Both the position numbers and the translations under genes were made by a program. 64,000 nucleotides of DNA from Vulcanimicrobiota bacterium (GTDB lineage: Bacteria > Vulcanimicrobiota > Xenobia > Xenobiales > JADMJV01), in contig JBFWNU010000001.1 in assembly GCA_050250895.1 (NCBI GenBank), forward strand, positions 3,488,149 through 3,552,148, given 5' to 3'. The notes beneath the pieces are model-generated. The model was not told the DNA's origin. It saw only the letters and a program-made list of their open reading frames with translations, and searched no databases. This document shows, piece by piece, positions 28,615 to 36,275 of this stretch (its first letter is position 1; each line of letters starts with the position of its first letter).

Positions 28615-29940
28615 GACACTCCTTGGTGGGGCTTGACTCACCAGGCTTCCCTGGCGGGGGACAGGGCCGGCCGGGCCGACCTGGTTCTGGAAGGGACGAA
28701 AGTGAGCGGCCACGGTATGGCCACCGAGCACAGGTTGGCTCTGCAGTTGAAGATGCAGATGCGGTTCGCAAGAATAGCCCGAGTTGCCGCACTCACCGAG
28801 CAGTTGACCGCGACCAACCCGCTGCCCCGGACGAACCACCACCGAGCCCTGGCGAAAATGGCTCAACTCGCTATAGTAGCTGCCGTGGCGCAGGATGACG
28901 TAGTTTCCCCAGTTGTGCTCGGTCTGGGGTTGACCCGGAGGGTTGTCGGGCAGGCTGTTCTCGACCGCCACCACCACTCCGCCCGCCGGTGCGAAGACGG
29001 CGCGCCCCCAGCAGTAGTAGTCTTCCAGTCGCTCGCCTTGTTCGCGAAAGCTGCGGCCCTGGCCGTCGAGCACGATGAAGTCCCAGGCGTGACGCCAGGG
29101 TCCCTGGTGAGTCCAATCGCCGTCGGCGCCCTGACTGACGTACCACCAGCCCCGAAAGGGAAGGCTCAGACAGGGCTTGCGCAGTCGCCAGGCCTGGGCC
29201 ACCAGCACCACGAACACGAAAGGCGCCACCAGCGTGCGCAGGCCGAAAAGCTCGAGGCTGGCCCGGGTCAGCAGAAGGGTCAGGCCGCTGCCGAGTGCGG
29301 CCGGCGCCAGTCCTTCCCAGAGGCTAGGCGCAAAGACCGCGCCCAGAGCAACAGCCGTCAAGGCGGCGTTGAAAGCCACCACCGGCGAGTCGGTGAAGAG
29401 CAGTCCTAGTCCGCCTCCCACAGCGGCCAGCAGGGCCTGATAAGGGCGCTGCCAGAGCAGGGCGGCCCCAACCAAAAGCCCGGCCAGATCGTGGGGCGTG
29501 AAGACCACTGCCCCCAACCAGCCCAGCAGCGAAGGGTGCCCCTCGACGGCCGGCCCGCTCACCAGGGCCCAGCCGCACAGCAGGAAAGGCAGACTCAGCA
29601 CCGGCAACTCGCCCAGGGCCAGGCTCAGCTGGTCGACCAGCCAGGCGCTGACCAGAGCGCAGCCGACCGCCACCGGCAGGCCCAGCCAGAGCGGCCAGCT
29701 CAGCCACCCCACCAACAAGCCGGTCAGGGCTCCGTTGCAACCATAGAGCCCGTCTTCGACCCCCCGCCGGCCTCGCATTCCCCACAGGGTCGCCACCACT
29801 GCCCCCAGCAGGCCGAACAGTCCCAGGGCGGGGTCGAGCAGGCTGGCCAGCAACACCAGCCCACCGCTCACCGGCTTCGAGCAAAAGAAGATTTGTCCGT
29901 AGCCGGCGAGAACCGAGGGCAGAAGCTTACGTATAGGCAA
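28198..29940 (-). CDS. Urea-transporter-like membrane domain fused to M23 peptidase, in frame with a downstream secreted domain
   Basis: GYGQIFF, GLYGCNGAL, LSLPF, FNAAL (urea transporter family); THQG..AWDF, GNYVIL, LSH, GNSG.S.EPHLH (M23); TTG start with GGAGG. Confidence 0.85.
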   Translation of the reverse strand: MPIRKLLPSVLAGYGQIFFCSKPVSGGLVLLASLLDPALGLFGLLGAVVATLWGMRGRRGVEDGLYGCNGALTGLLVGWLSWPLWLGLPVAVGCALVSAWLVDQLSLALGELPVLSLPFLLCGWALVSGPAVEGHPSLLGWLGAVVFTPHDLAGLLVGAALLWQRPYQALLAAVGGGLGLLFTDSPVVAFNAALTAVALGAVFAPSLWEGLAPAALGSGLTLLLTRASLELFGLRTLVAPFVFVVLVAQAWRLRKPCLSLPFRGWWYVSQGADGDWTHQGPWRHAWDFIVLDGQGRSFREQGERLEDYYCWGRAVFAPAGGVVVAVENSLPDNPPGQPQTEHNWGNYVILRHGSYYSELSHFRQGSVVVRPGQRVGRGQLLGECGNSGYSCEPHLHLQLQSQPVLGGHTVAAHFRPFQNQVGPAGPVPRQGSLVSQAPPRSVMTIKTLFAASLLALMLSAALSSSASPSPDPTLVVSAGRLLEITGQTPRRAYVGVSMYPVNARDAVRDGRHLVRSLKSGSFRETFSTSAYHGGTYEVALWGRKVLKKDCQLEGCQFCPRYGYHMDDMLLYRSGEIGELQ

Positions 29941-29983
29941 TTTGCACCTCCAGATCCCCAGTCTAGACGGCGCTTGCGTGAAA

Positions 29984-30505
29984 ATGTCTGCTAAGTGTGT
30001 CGAAAACGTACCTCAGCGCATCTGCATCCTCGGCTGCAGCGGCGCCGGCAAATCGACCCTGGCCCGCCGCCTGGGCCGCGACCTCGAACTGCCGGTGGTC
30101 CACTCCGACCAGCTCTTCTGGCGCCCCGGCTGGACCCCGTCACCGATGGAGGAGTTCGAAGCGCGGATGCTGGCAGAGGTCGAAAAGCCGGCCTGGATCT
30201 TCGACGGCAACTATGCCGGCACACTGGGCTTGAGGCTACGCCGGGCCCAGCTGGTCATCTGGCTCGACTACCCCGGCTGGCTGTGCCTTTATCGTGTGCT
30301 CAAGCGCATCTGGCAATCGCGCGGCCAGGTGCGCCCCGACATGGGCCCGGGCTGCCCCGAGCGCCTGGACTGGTCCTTCCTCTGGTTCGTCCTCACCTTT
30401 CGCCACTACGAGCGCCCCAAACTGGTCCAGGCCCTCGAGGGCTGGCAGGGCCGCCTCATCCACCTCACCCGCCCGCCGGCGGCGGGCTTCCGGCTCGAGG
30501 TCTAG
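29984..30505 (+). CDS. P-loop kinase, topology modulation protein/FlaR-like
   Basis: ILGCSGAGKSTLAR, D.LFW.PGW, WIFDGNY, RPDMGPGCPE. Confidence 0.9.
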   Translation: MSAKCVENVPQRICILGCSGAGKSTLARRLGRDLELPVVHSDQLFWRPGWTPSPMEEFEARMLAEVEKPAWIFDGNYAGTLGLRLRRAQLVIWLDYPGWLCLYRVLKRIWQSRGQVRPDMGPGCPERLDWSFLWFVLTFRHYERPKLVQALEGWQGRLIHLTRPPAAGFRLEV

Positions 30506-30512
30506 CTCTGGT

Positions 30513-31275
30513 GCCGGGCTTGGCTAGGAGTAAGGCACGTGACAGCGCCGAATTCGGGCCTGGCCGGGCTTGGCTAGGAGTACGGCACGTGACAGCGCCG
30601 AATTCGGGCCTGGCCGGGCTTGGCTAGGAGTACGGCACGTGGCAGCGCCGAATTCGGCACCTGGTGGCGCCGTACCGCGCCTGGCCGGGCTTGGCTAGGA
30701 GTACGGCACGTGGCAGCGCCGAATTCGGCACCTGGTGGCGCCGTACCGGGCCTGGCCCGGCTTGGCTAGGAGTACGGCACGTGGCAGCGCCGAATTCGGC
30801 ACCTGGTGGCGCCGTAACCCGGGCTGGCCGGGCGTGGCTAGGAGTACGGCACGTGGCAGCGCCGAATTCGGCACCTGGTGGCGCCGTACCCGGGCTGGCC
30901 CGGCTTGGCTAGGAGTACGGCACGTGGCAGCGCCGAATTCGGCACCTGGTGGCGCCGTACCCGGGCTGGCCCGGCTTGGCTAGGAGTACGGCACGTGGCA
31001 GCGCCGAATTCGGCACCTGGTGGCGCCGTACCGCGCCTGGCCGGGCTTGGCTAGGAGTACGGCACGTGGCAGCGCCGAATTCGGCACCTGGTGGCGCCGT
31101 ACCGGGCCTGGCCCGGCTTGGCTAGGAGTACGGCACGTGGCAGCGCCGTACCGGGCCTGGCCGGGCGTGGCTAGGAGTACGGCACGTGGCAGCGCCGTAC
31201 CGGGCCAGGCGGGCGTGGCTAGGAGTACGGCACGTGGCAGCGCCGAATTCGGCACCTGGTGGCGCCGTACCGGGC
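30513..31275. repeat. Tandem array of 12 palindromic REP-like units (48-72 bp)
   Basis: Core GGCTAGGAGTACGGCACGTGGCAGCGCCG starts at 30522, 30572, 30622, 30693, 30764, 30836, 30907, 30978, 31049, 31120, 31169 and 31217. Confidence 0.95.
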
Positions 31276-31290
31276 TAGGCGCGACCCATC

Positions 31291-31366
31291 GCGGCGAAGC
31301 CGCCCAAAGTTACGACGCGAAGCGTCGAGTACCTCAAAAACTCGAGGTGAGCCAAAGCGAACCTCG
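31291..31366 (+). other. Cluster of three hairpins with GAA triloops or tandem GA
   Basis: GCGGC-GAA-GCCGC (31291), CGACGC-GAA-GCGTCG (31313), CGAGGT-GA-GC-CAAA-GC-GA-ACCTCG (31343). Confidence 0.75.
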
Positions 31367-31600
31367 CTCCTTCCTCCCGAGCGCAGCGAGGGCTCCTTTC
31401 TCCCGAAGGGGCTCCCTTCTCCCGAAGGGCTCCTTCCTCCCGAGCGCAGCGAGGGCTCCTCTCTCCCGAAGGGCTCCTTCCTCCCGAGCGCAGCGAGGGC
31501 TCCTTTCTCCCGAAGGGGCTCCTTTCTCCCGAAGGCCTCCTTCCTCCCAAGCGCAACGAGGGCTCCTCTCTCCCGAGCCCAGCGAGGGCTCCCCGAAGGG
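31367..31600 (+). repeat. Composite tandem repeat of 26-bp and 18/19-bp hairpin units
   Basis: A=CTCCTTCCTCCCGAGCGCAGCGAGGG x5 and B=CTCCTTTCTCCCGAAGGG(G) x5 plus a partial copy; order ABBABABBAA-b. Confidence 0.92.
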
Positions 31601-31630
31601 CTCTCCAACACCGGCCTGGAAACAGCCTCG

Positions 31631-33277
31631 ATGCAAAGCGATGCGATCGTGGTCGGAGCCGGGCTGGCCGGGTTGGTGGCGACAGCCGAATTGGCCGCGG
31701 CAGGCAAGCGGGTCGTGCTCGTGGACCAGGAGTCCGAGGCGAACCTGGGGGGGCAGGCCTTCTGGTCGCTGGGCGGATTGTTTCTGGTCGATTCGCCCGA
31801 GCAGAGGCGCTTGCGCATTCGCGACAGCTACGAGTTGGCGCTGGCCGACTGGTTGGGCACAGCCGGGTTCGACCGCGAGGAAGACCATTGGCCGATGCGC
31901 TGGGCCACAGCTTACGTCGACTTTGCCGCTGGCGAAAAGCGAGCCTGGCTCAGCCAGCGGGGCTTTCGCTTTTTTCCGGTGGTGGGCTGGGCCGAACGAG
32001 GCGGTCAAGGCGCCATCGGTCACGGCAACTCGGTGCCGCGCTTTCATGTGACCTGGGGGGCGGGACCGGGGGTGGTCGAGCCGTTCGAGCGGCTGGTGCG
32101 CCAGGCTGCCGAGCGGGGGTTGGTCACCTTCAAGTTTCGTCACCGGGTCGAGCGACTCGAGCGAAAGGACGGGGCTGTCACCGGTATCTCGGGTCAGGTG
32201 CTCAAAGACGACGGGGCCCAGCGCGGGTATCCCACCAACCGCGAAGTGGTGGGCGACTTTGCCTTCGAGGCGCCGGCGGTGATCGTGACCTCAGGCGGCA
32301 TCGGGGCCAATCATGAGCTGGTGCGCAAGAACTGGCCCCAGCGTCTGGGCCAGGCTCCCCGGCGGCTCTTGACCGGCGTGCCTGACTACGTCGACGGACG
32401 CATGCTGGCAGTGGCCGAGCAGGCCGGGGCCCGGCTCATCAACCGCGACCGAATGTGGCACTACACCGAGGGCATCGCCAACTGGGACTCTATCTGGACG
32501 GGCCATGGCATCCGCATCTTGCCCGGCCCCTCCTCGATGTGGTTTGACGCCACCGGCAAGCGACTCCCCGTGCCGCTCTTTCCGGGCTTTGACACGCTGG
32601 CCACCCTCGAGCATATCCTCAAAACAGGTTATGACTATTCGTGGTTTATCTTGACCCAGAAGATCATCGAGAAAGAGTTCGCGCTTTCGGGTTCAGAGCA
32701 AAATCCCGACCTGACCGGCAAGAGCTTATGGAAGTTGTTGCAGCGGCTGGGCCCGGGGGCGCCTCCTCCGGTCGAGGCCTTCAAGCAGAAGGGGGCGGAC
32801 TTCGTGGTGGCCCGCGAGCTGGGTGAACTGGTGCATGGCATGAACGCCCTCACTCCCGAGCCCCTTTTGGATGCGGCCTCGATCGAGCATCAGATTCGGG
32901 TACGAGACGGGCAACTCGACAACCCCTTCTGTAAAGACCTGCAGGTGGTGGCTTTGCGCGGCTCTCGCAACTATCTGGGAGATCGCTTGCTGCGAGTGGC
33001 CGCTCCTCACAAGCTTCTCGACCCGGCCGCCGGGCCACTCATCGCCGTGCGCCTCAACATTCTCACCCGCAAGACCCTGGGTGGGCTCGAGACCGACCTC
33101 TCGGCTCGCGTGATCGGGGCTGATGGCCAGCCGATCGGGGGGCTGTATGCGGCCGGTGAGGTGGCCGGCTTCGGCGGGGGAGGCATGCACGGCTACCGCG
33201 CTTTGGAAGGAACCTTCTTGGGGGGCTGTATCTTCTCGGGTCGGACTGCCGGCCGCGCCGCCGCAGGGGCTGTTTAA
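31631..33277 (+). CDS. FAD-binding dehydrogenase (KsdD/flavocytochrome-like, COG3573 type)
   Basis: VVGAGLAGL, GGQAFWSLGG, GNSVPRFHVTWG, RKTLGGL, GLYAAGE, LEGTFLGGC. Confidence 0.92.
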   Translation: MQSDAIVVGAGLAGLVATAELAAAGKRVVLVDQESEANLGGQAFWSLGGLFLVDSPEQRRLRIRDSYELALADWLGTAGFDREEDHWPMRWATAYVDFAAGEKRAWLSQRGFRFFPVVGWAERGGQGAIGHGNSVPRFHVTWGAGPGVVEPFERLVRQAAERGLVTFKFRHRVERLERKDGAVTGISGQVLKDDGAQRGYPTNREVVGDFAFEAPAVIVTSGGIGANHELVRKNWPQRLGQAPRRLLTGVPDYVDGRMLAVAEQAGARLINRDRMWHYTEGIANWDSIWTGHGIRILPGPSSMWFDATGKRLPVPLFPGFDTLATLEHILKTGYDYSWFILTQKIIEKEFALSGSEQNPDLTGKSLWKLLQRLGPGAPPPVEAFKQKGADFVVARELGELVHGMNALTPEPLLDAASIEHQIRVRDGQLDNPFCKDLQVVALRGSRNYLGDRLLRVAAPHKLLDPAAGPLIAVRLNILTRKTLGGLETDLSARVIGADGQPIGGLYAAGEVAGFGGGGMHGYRALEGTFLGGCIFSGRTAGRAAAGAV

Positions 33278-33305
33278 GAACAAAGCCGCACTTTTGGTGC
33301 GGCTT
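33276..33305 (-). terminator. Intrinsic terminator (minus strand), possibly bidirectional
   Basis: AAGCCGCAC-CAAAA-GTGCGGCTT followed by TGTTCTT on the minus strand. Confidence 0.65.
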
Positions 33306-33309
33306 GCCT

Positions 33310-33375
33310 CTACCCGATACGGCAGACGAAAACGGCTACGGCGTACATCAACGCCAGAAGCATGAACGGTTCCAC
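33310..33375 (-). CDS. Putative 21-aa hydrophobic small protein MEPFMLLALMYAVAVFVCRIG
   Basis: GGAGG SD 8 nt before GTG; TAG followed directly by the terminator hairpin; lies in an otherwise empty intergenic gap. Confidence 0.6.
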   Translation of the reverse strand: MEPFMLLALMYAVAVFVCRIG

Positions 33376-33513
33376 TGGATATTCCTCCGGTCGAAGTTCC
33401 TCGCACACATGTTTGGTCCGATGAACGTTATTCCTCTCCAGGGGGAGAAAAATTCAATTCGAGGCTATCCAGCCGGCGGCAGGGTCAGGCCGGCGTCGGT
33501 TGAAGGCCCAGGC

Positions 33514-34545
33514 GTGCTAAACAAGAAGTCCATCGAATATCTACGGAGTCTGGTCGAGTGCCATGGAGGGCCCGGCTACGAGCAGGGCGTCCAACAACTT
33601 TTTCGCGAGCGGGTCGAGGCGTGTTGCCAGCAACTCGAGACCGATCGCCTGGGCTCGGTCGTGGCCGTGCGCAATCCTGAGGGTTCCCCGCGTATCTTGC
33701 TCGACGCCCATGCTGACGAGATTGCCTTTGTGGTCAAGCATATCGACGAGCAGGGCTTCTTGCACCTGGCCGCCTCGGGGGGCTGGGACGCCGAAGTGGT
33801 GGTCGGCCAGCGCGTGTTGGTGCATGGTATCGAGGGGCCGCGGTCGGGAGTGATCGGCAAGAAGGCTATCCACCTGATGGAGGAGTCCGAACTCTCGAAG
33901 AAATCGCAACTCGAGAAGCTGTGGGTCGACCTGGGGGCGCGCGACGGCGAGCAGGCGCGCCAGTGGGTCGAGATCGGCGACTCGGTGACGATGCACGCGC
34001 CTTTCACTCGGTTGCTCAACAATTGCGCCACCGCCAAGTCGTTCGACAACCGAGCCGGCCTGTTCGTGGTCAGCGAGACCCTGCGGGGGCTCAAGAAGTT
34101 CAAGGCGGCCGTCCATGGAGTCTCGGCGGTGCAAGAAGAGATCGGCTTGCGGGGGGCGGTGGCCACTGCCTATGCGGTCGAGCCCGACATCGCCGTGGCC
34201 ATCGATGTCACTCACGCCAACGACCAGCCCGATGGCGACCCTCGCAGAGTGGGCGACATCAAGTTGGGCAAGGGCCCGGTCATCGTGCGTGGGCCCAACG
34301 TCTGTCCCCAGGTGTTCGAGCGGCTGGTAAAGGTGGCCAGGAAGGGCAAGATCCCTCACCAGGTCGCCGCCAGCGGCCGTGGTACCGGCACCGATGCCAA
34401 CGTGATCCAGTTGAGTCGAAGCGGCGTCTCGACGGGACTGATCGGCCTGCCCTTGCGTTACATGCATAATCCTTGCGAGGTGCTCTCGCTCGAGGACCTC
34501 GAGAGCGCGGTCCGCTTGTTGATCGCCTTCGTCGAGTCCTACTAG
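33514..34545 (+). CDS. M42 family metallo-aminopeptidase
   Basis: GGPGYE, DAHADEI, FDNRAG, QEEIGLRGA, AIDVTHA, GTDA, RYMHNP. Confidence 0.93.
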   Translation: MLNKKSIEYLRSLVECHGGPGYEQGVQQLFRERVEACCQQLETDRLGSVVAVRNPEGSPRILLDAHADEIAFVVKHIDEQGFLHLAASGGWDAEVVVGQRVLVHGIEGPRSGVIGKKAIHLMEESELSKKSQLEKLWVDLGARDGEQARQWVEIGDSVTMHAPFTRLLNNCATAKSFDNRAGLFVVSETLRGLKKFKAAVHGVSAVQEEIGLRGAVATAYAVEPDIAVAIDVTHANDQPDGDPRRVGDIKLGKGPVIVRGPNVCPQVFERLVKVARKGKIPHQVAASGRGTGTDANVIQLSRSGVSTGLIGLPLRYMHNPCEVLSLEDLESAVRLLIAFVESY

Positions 34546-34577
34546 GGGCAAGCGCGAGGGCGGCGAATCAGGCCAGC

Positions 34578-35381
34578 GTGAACGACGGACGTTACGAGCT
34601 GGCCAACATCGCTCGACTGGTGGTCGACAGCGAGTCGACCGAGGACGAGATGACCCTGGTCTTTCTTTGCGTGGTCAGCGGCCGCGAGACGGCGGTCCAG
34701 TGGCCGCTGAGCAAGGGAGTGAGTGTCGAGCAGTCGATCTTTGACGCTTTTCGCTCCGTCGAGAAAGAGTTCTTCTGGGACGGGCGCCGCTGGATCGGAT
34801 GGGATGCCAACGACCTGGTGGTGACCTTCCTGGGCCTGCTCGAACGCGACGAGTTAACCGGTTTCGAGAATCGGGTTTTGCTGGCCCGGGCCCTGCACGA
34901 GGTTTTGTGCACCGATGGCGTGTTGGCTCCCGAGGAGGAGAAGATGTTCGCCCAGTTCTGCCCCGAGTTCACCGACATGCCGGCCTTTGAACCGCTGCGC
35001 GACGAGGACTATCAAGGCCTGAGTCGGCGGGGTCGGGATGCCCTCTACGCCTTCTGTTGCGCCATGGCCATGTGCGACTTTGATTTGCACGACAGCGAAG
35101 AGCTATTGCTGAGCGGATTGGCCGATAGTCTGCGGCTGTCGTCTTTGAGAGCCTGGGAGTTGAACGAGGCGGCCCGACACTATCTAATCGACCGGTTGTT
35201 GGACAAGACCAGTTACGCCGAGGCGGTCGAATTGGGTCAGGCGTTGGGCCTGGAGCAGTCGACCGTGGACCGCCTGCGCGAGCGCCAGGTGCGCCGAAAG
35301 GAGCACGCCGGCCAGGCCGAACCAACGGGAAGGTCCGGCCTGGCGGCAGTGCTCGACGATTGGATGCTGCTCAATGGCTAG
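34578..35381 (+). CDS. TerB-like domain protein (two TerB-type motifs)
   Basis: VLCTDGVLAPEE and MAMCDFDLHDSEELLL..LADSLRL. Confidence 0.65.
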   Translation: MNDGRYELANIARLVVDSESTEDEMTLVFLCVVSGRETAVQWPLSKGVSVEQSIFDAFRSVEKEFFWDGRRWIGWDANDLVVTFLGLLERDELTGFENRVLLARALHEVLCTDGVLAPEEEKMFAQFCPEFTDMPAFEPLRDEDYQGLSRRGRDALYAFCCAMAMCDFDLHDSEELLLSGLADSLRLSSLRAWELNEAARHYLIDRLLDKTSYAEAVELGQALGLEQSTVDRLRERQVRRKEHAGQAEPTGRSGLAAVLDDWMLLNG

Positions 35382-35386
35382 CGTCG

Positions 35387-35692
35387 CTAGCGTCGATAGG
35401 TGTAGTTGCCACCGCAAGAATTGCGATATCTGGCGTTGGTGGGGCGATAGACCGGCTGAGAATAGAAGGGCCGATAGTTGCCGAAGTTGCGGTAGTTATA
35501 GCCAGCGCGATAGTTGGTTGGGCACCGGTTGGATTGGTAGTTGCGACCGTAGCGTTGGGTATTGCCACGGTTGTGGTGAGAGCGCTGGCGATAGTGCTGA
35601 TTGCTCTTCTTGTTGTGGCATTGATTTGGCCGACTCCAGGCTGGCAGCGCCAGGCCGACCAGCAAGACAGCCAGCAACATCATCTTTTTCAT
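35387..35692 (-). CDS. Small exported N/Y/R-rich low-complexity protein
   Basis: GGAGGAG SD; signal peptide MKKMMLLAVLLVGLALPAWS. Confidence 0.8.
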   Translation of the reverse strand: MKKMMLLAVLLVGLALPAWSRPNQCHNKKSNQHYRQRSHHNRGNTQRYGRNYQSNRCPTNYRAGYNYRNFGNYRPFYSQPVYRPTNARYRNSCGGNYTYRR

Positions 35693-35782
35693 GGCGAAGC
35701 TCCTCCTCCGCTGTGTGCGGATGTGATTGGGATTTTCTCATGATAAAGGAAGTTGGCTTGAGTTTTGTGACGGTTTCTGACA

Positions 35783-36235
35783 GTGCCTTCGGCTGACCAA
35801 TTCACCCGGCCCGAGCGGCTGCTCTTCTTGTGCTACGGCAACATCTGCCGCAGCCCTTTCGCGGCTGGCGTCTGGAGCCTTGGAGCGCCCGAGGCCCGTT
35901 CGGCGGGCTTCATCGAAAGCGAGGGGCGCACCACGCCGGCTACTTATCGCAGCTTGGCGGCCCGCCACGGAGTGGACCTCACCCGGCACGGATCCCGCTA
36001 CGCCGATGCCGAGCTGATCGCCTGGGCCCAGGCCATCGTAGTGATGGATGACCACAATCTAGACGACCTGCGCCGGCTGTATCCCGAGGCCGAAGAGCGC
36101 ACTTTCAGGTTGGGAGCATTTTTGGATAAGCCACGCCGGGAGATCGAGGATCCGTATTATTTGGACCTGGCCCGGGCGACCGAGGTCTATGCCCAGATGT
36201 ACGAAGCTGTAACGAACATGCTGGGTTTTCAATAA
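35783..36235 (+). CDS. Low-molecular-weight protein tyrosine phosphatase
   Basis: LFLCYGNICRSP P-loop; IEDPYY. Confidence 0.9.
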   Translation: MPSADQFTRPERLLFLCYGNICRSPFAAGVWSLGAPEARSAGFIESEGRTTPATYRSLAARHGVDLTRHGSRYADAELIAWAQAIVVMDDHNLDDLRRLYPEAEERTFRLGAFLDKPRREIEDPYYLDLARATEVYAQMYEAVTNMLGFQ

Positions 36236-36275
36236 AATTTCATCGCCCCCCGGCATACTGGTGGCGGAGGGTAGT

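Noticed and set aside
30513-31275. CRISPR array
   Set aside because: The sequences between the conserved cores are themselves near-identical rather than unique spacers, and there are no cas genes.
31367-31600. CsrB/RsmZ-like sRNA (many GGA on the minus strand)
   Set aside because: The GGA motifs fall between stems rather than in loops, no terminator is evident, and the hairpins fold better on the plus strand.
30664-32051. ORFs inside the repeat arrays, and the 124-aa N-terminal extension of the dehydrogenase (from 31259)
   Set aside because: The 71-bp period is not a multiple of 3, so the same peptide appears in shifting frames. Family similarity of the dehydrogenase starts at ATG 31631.
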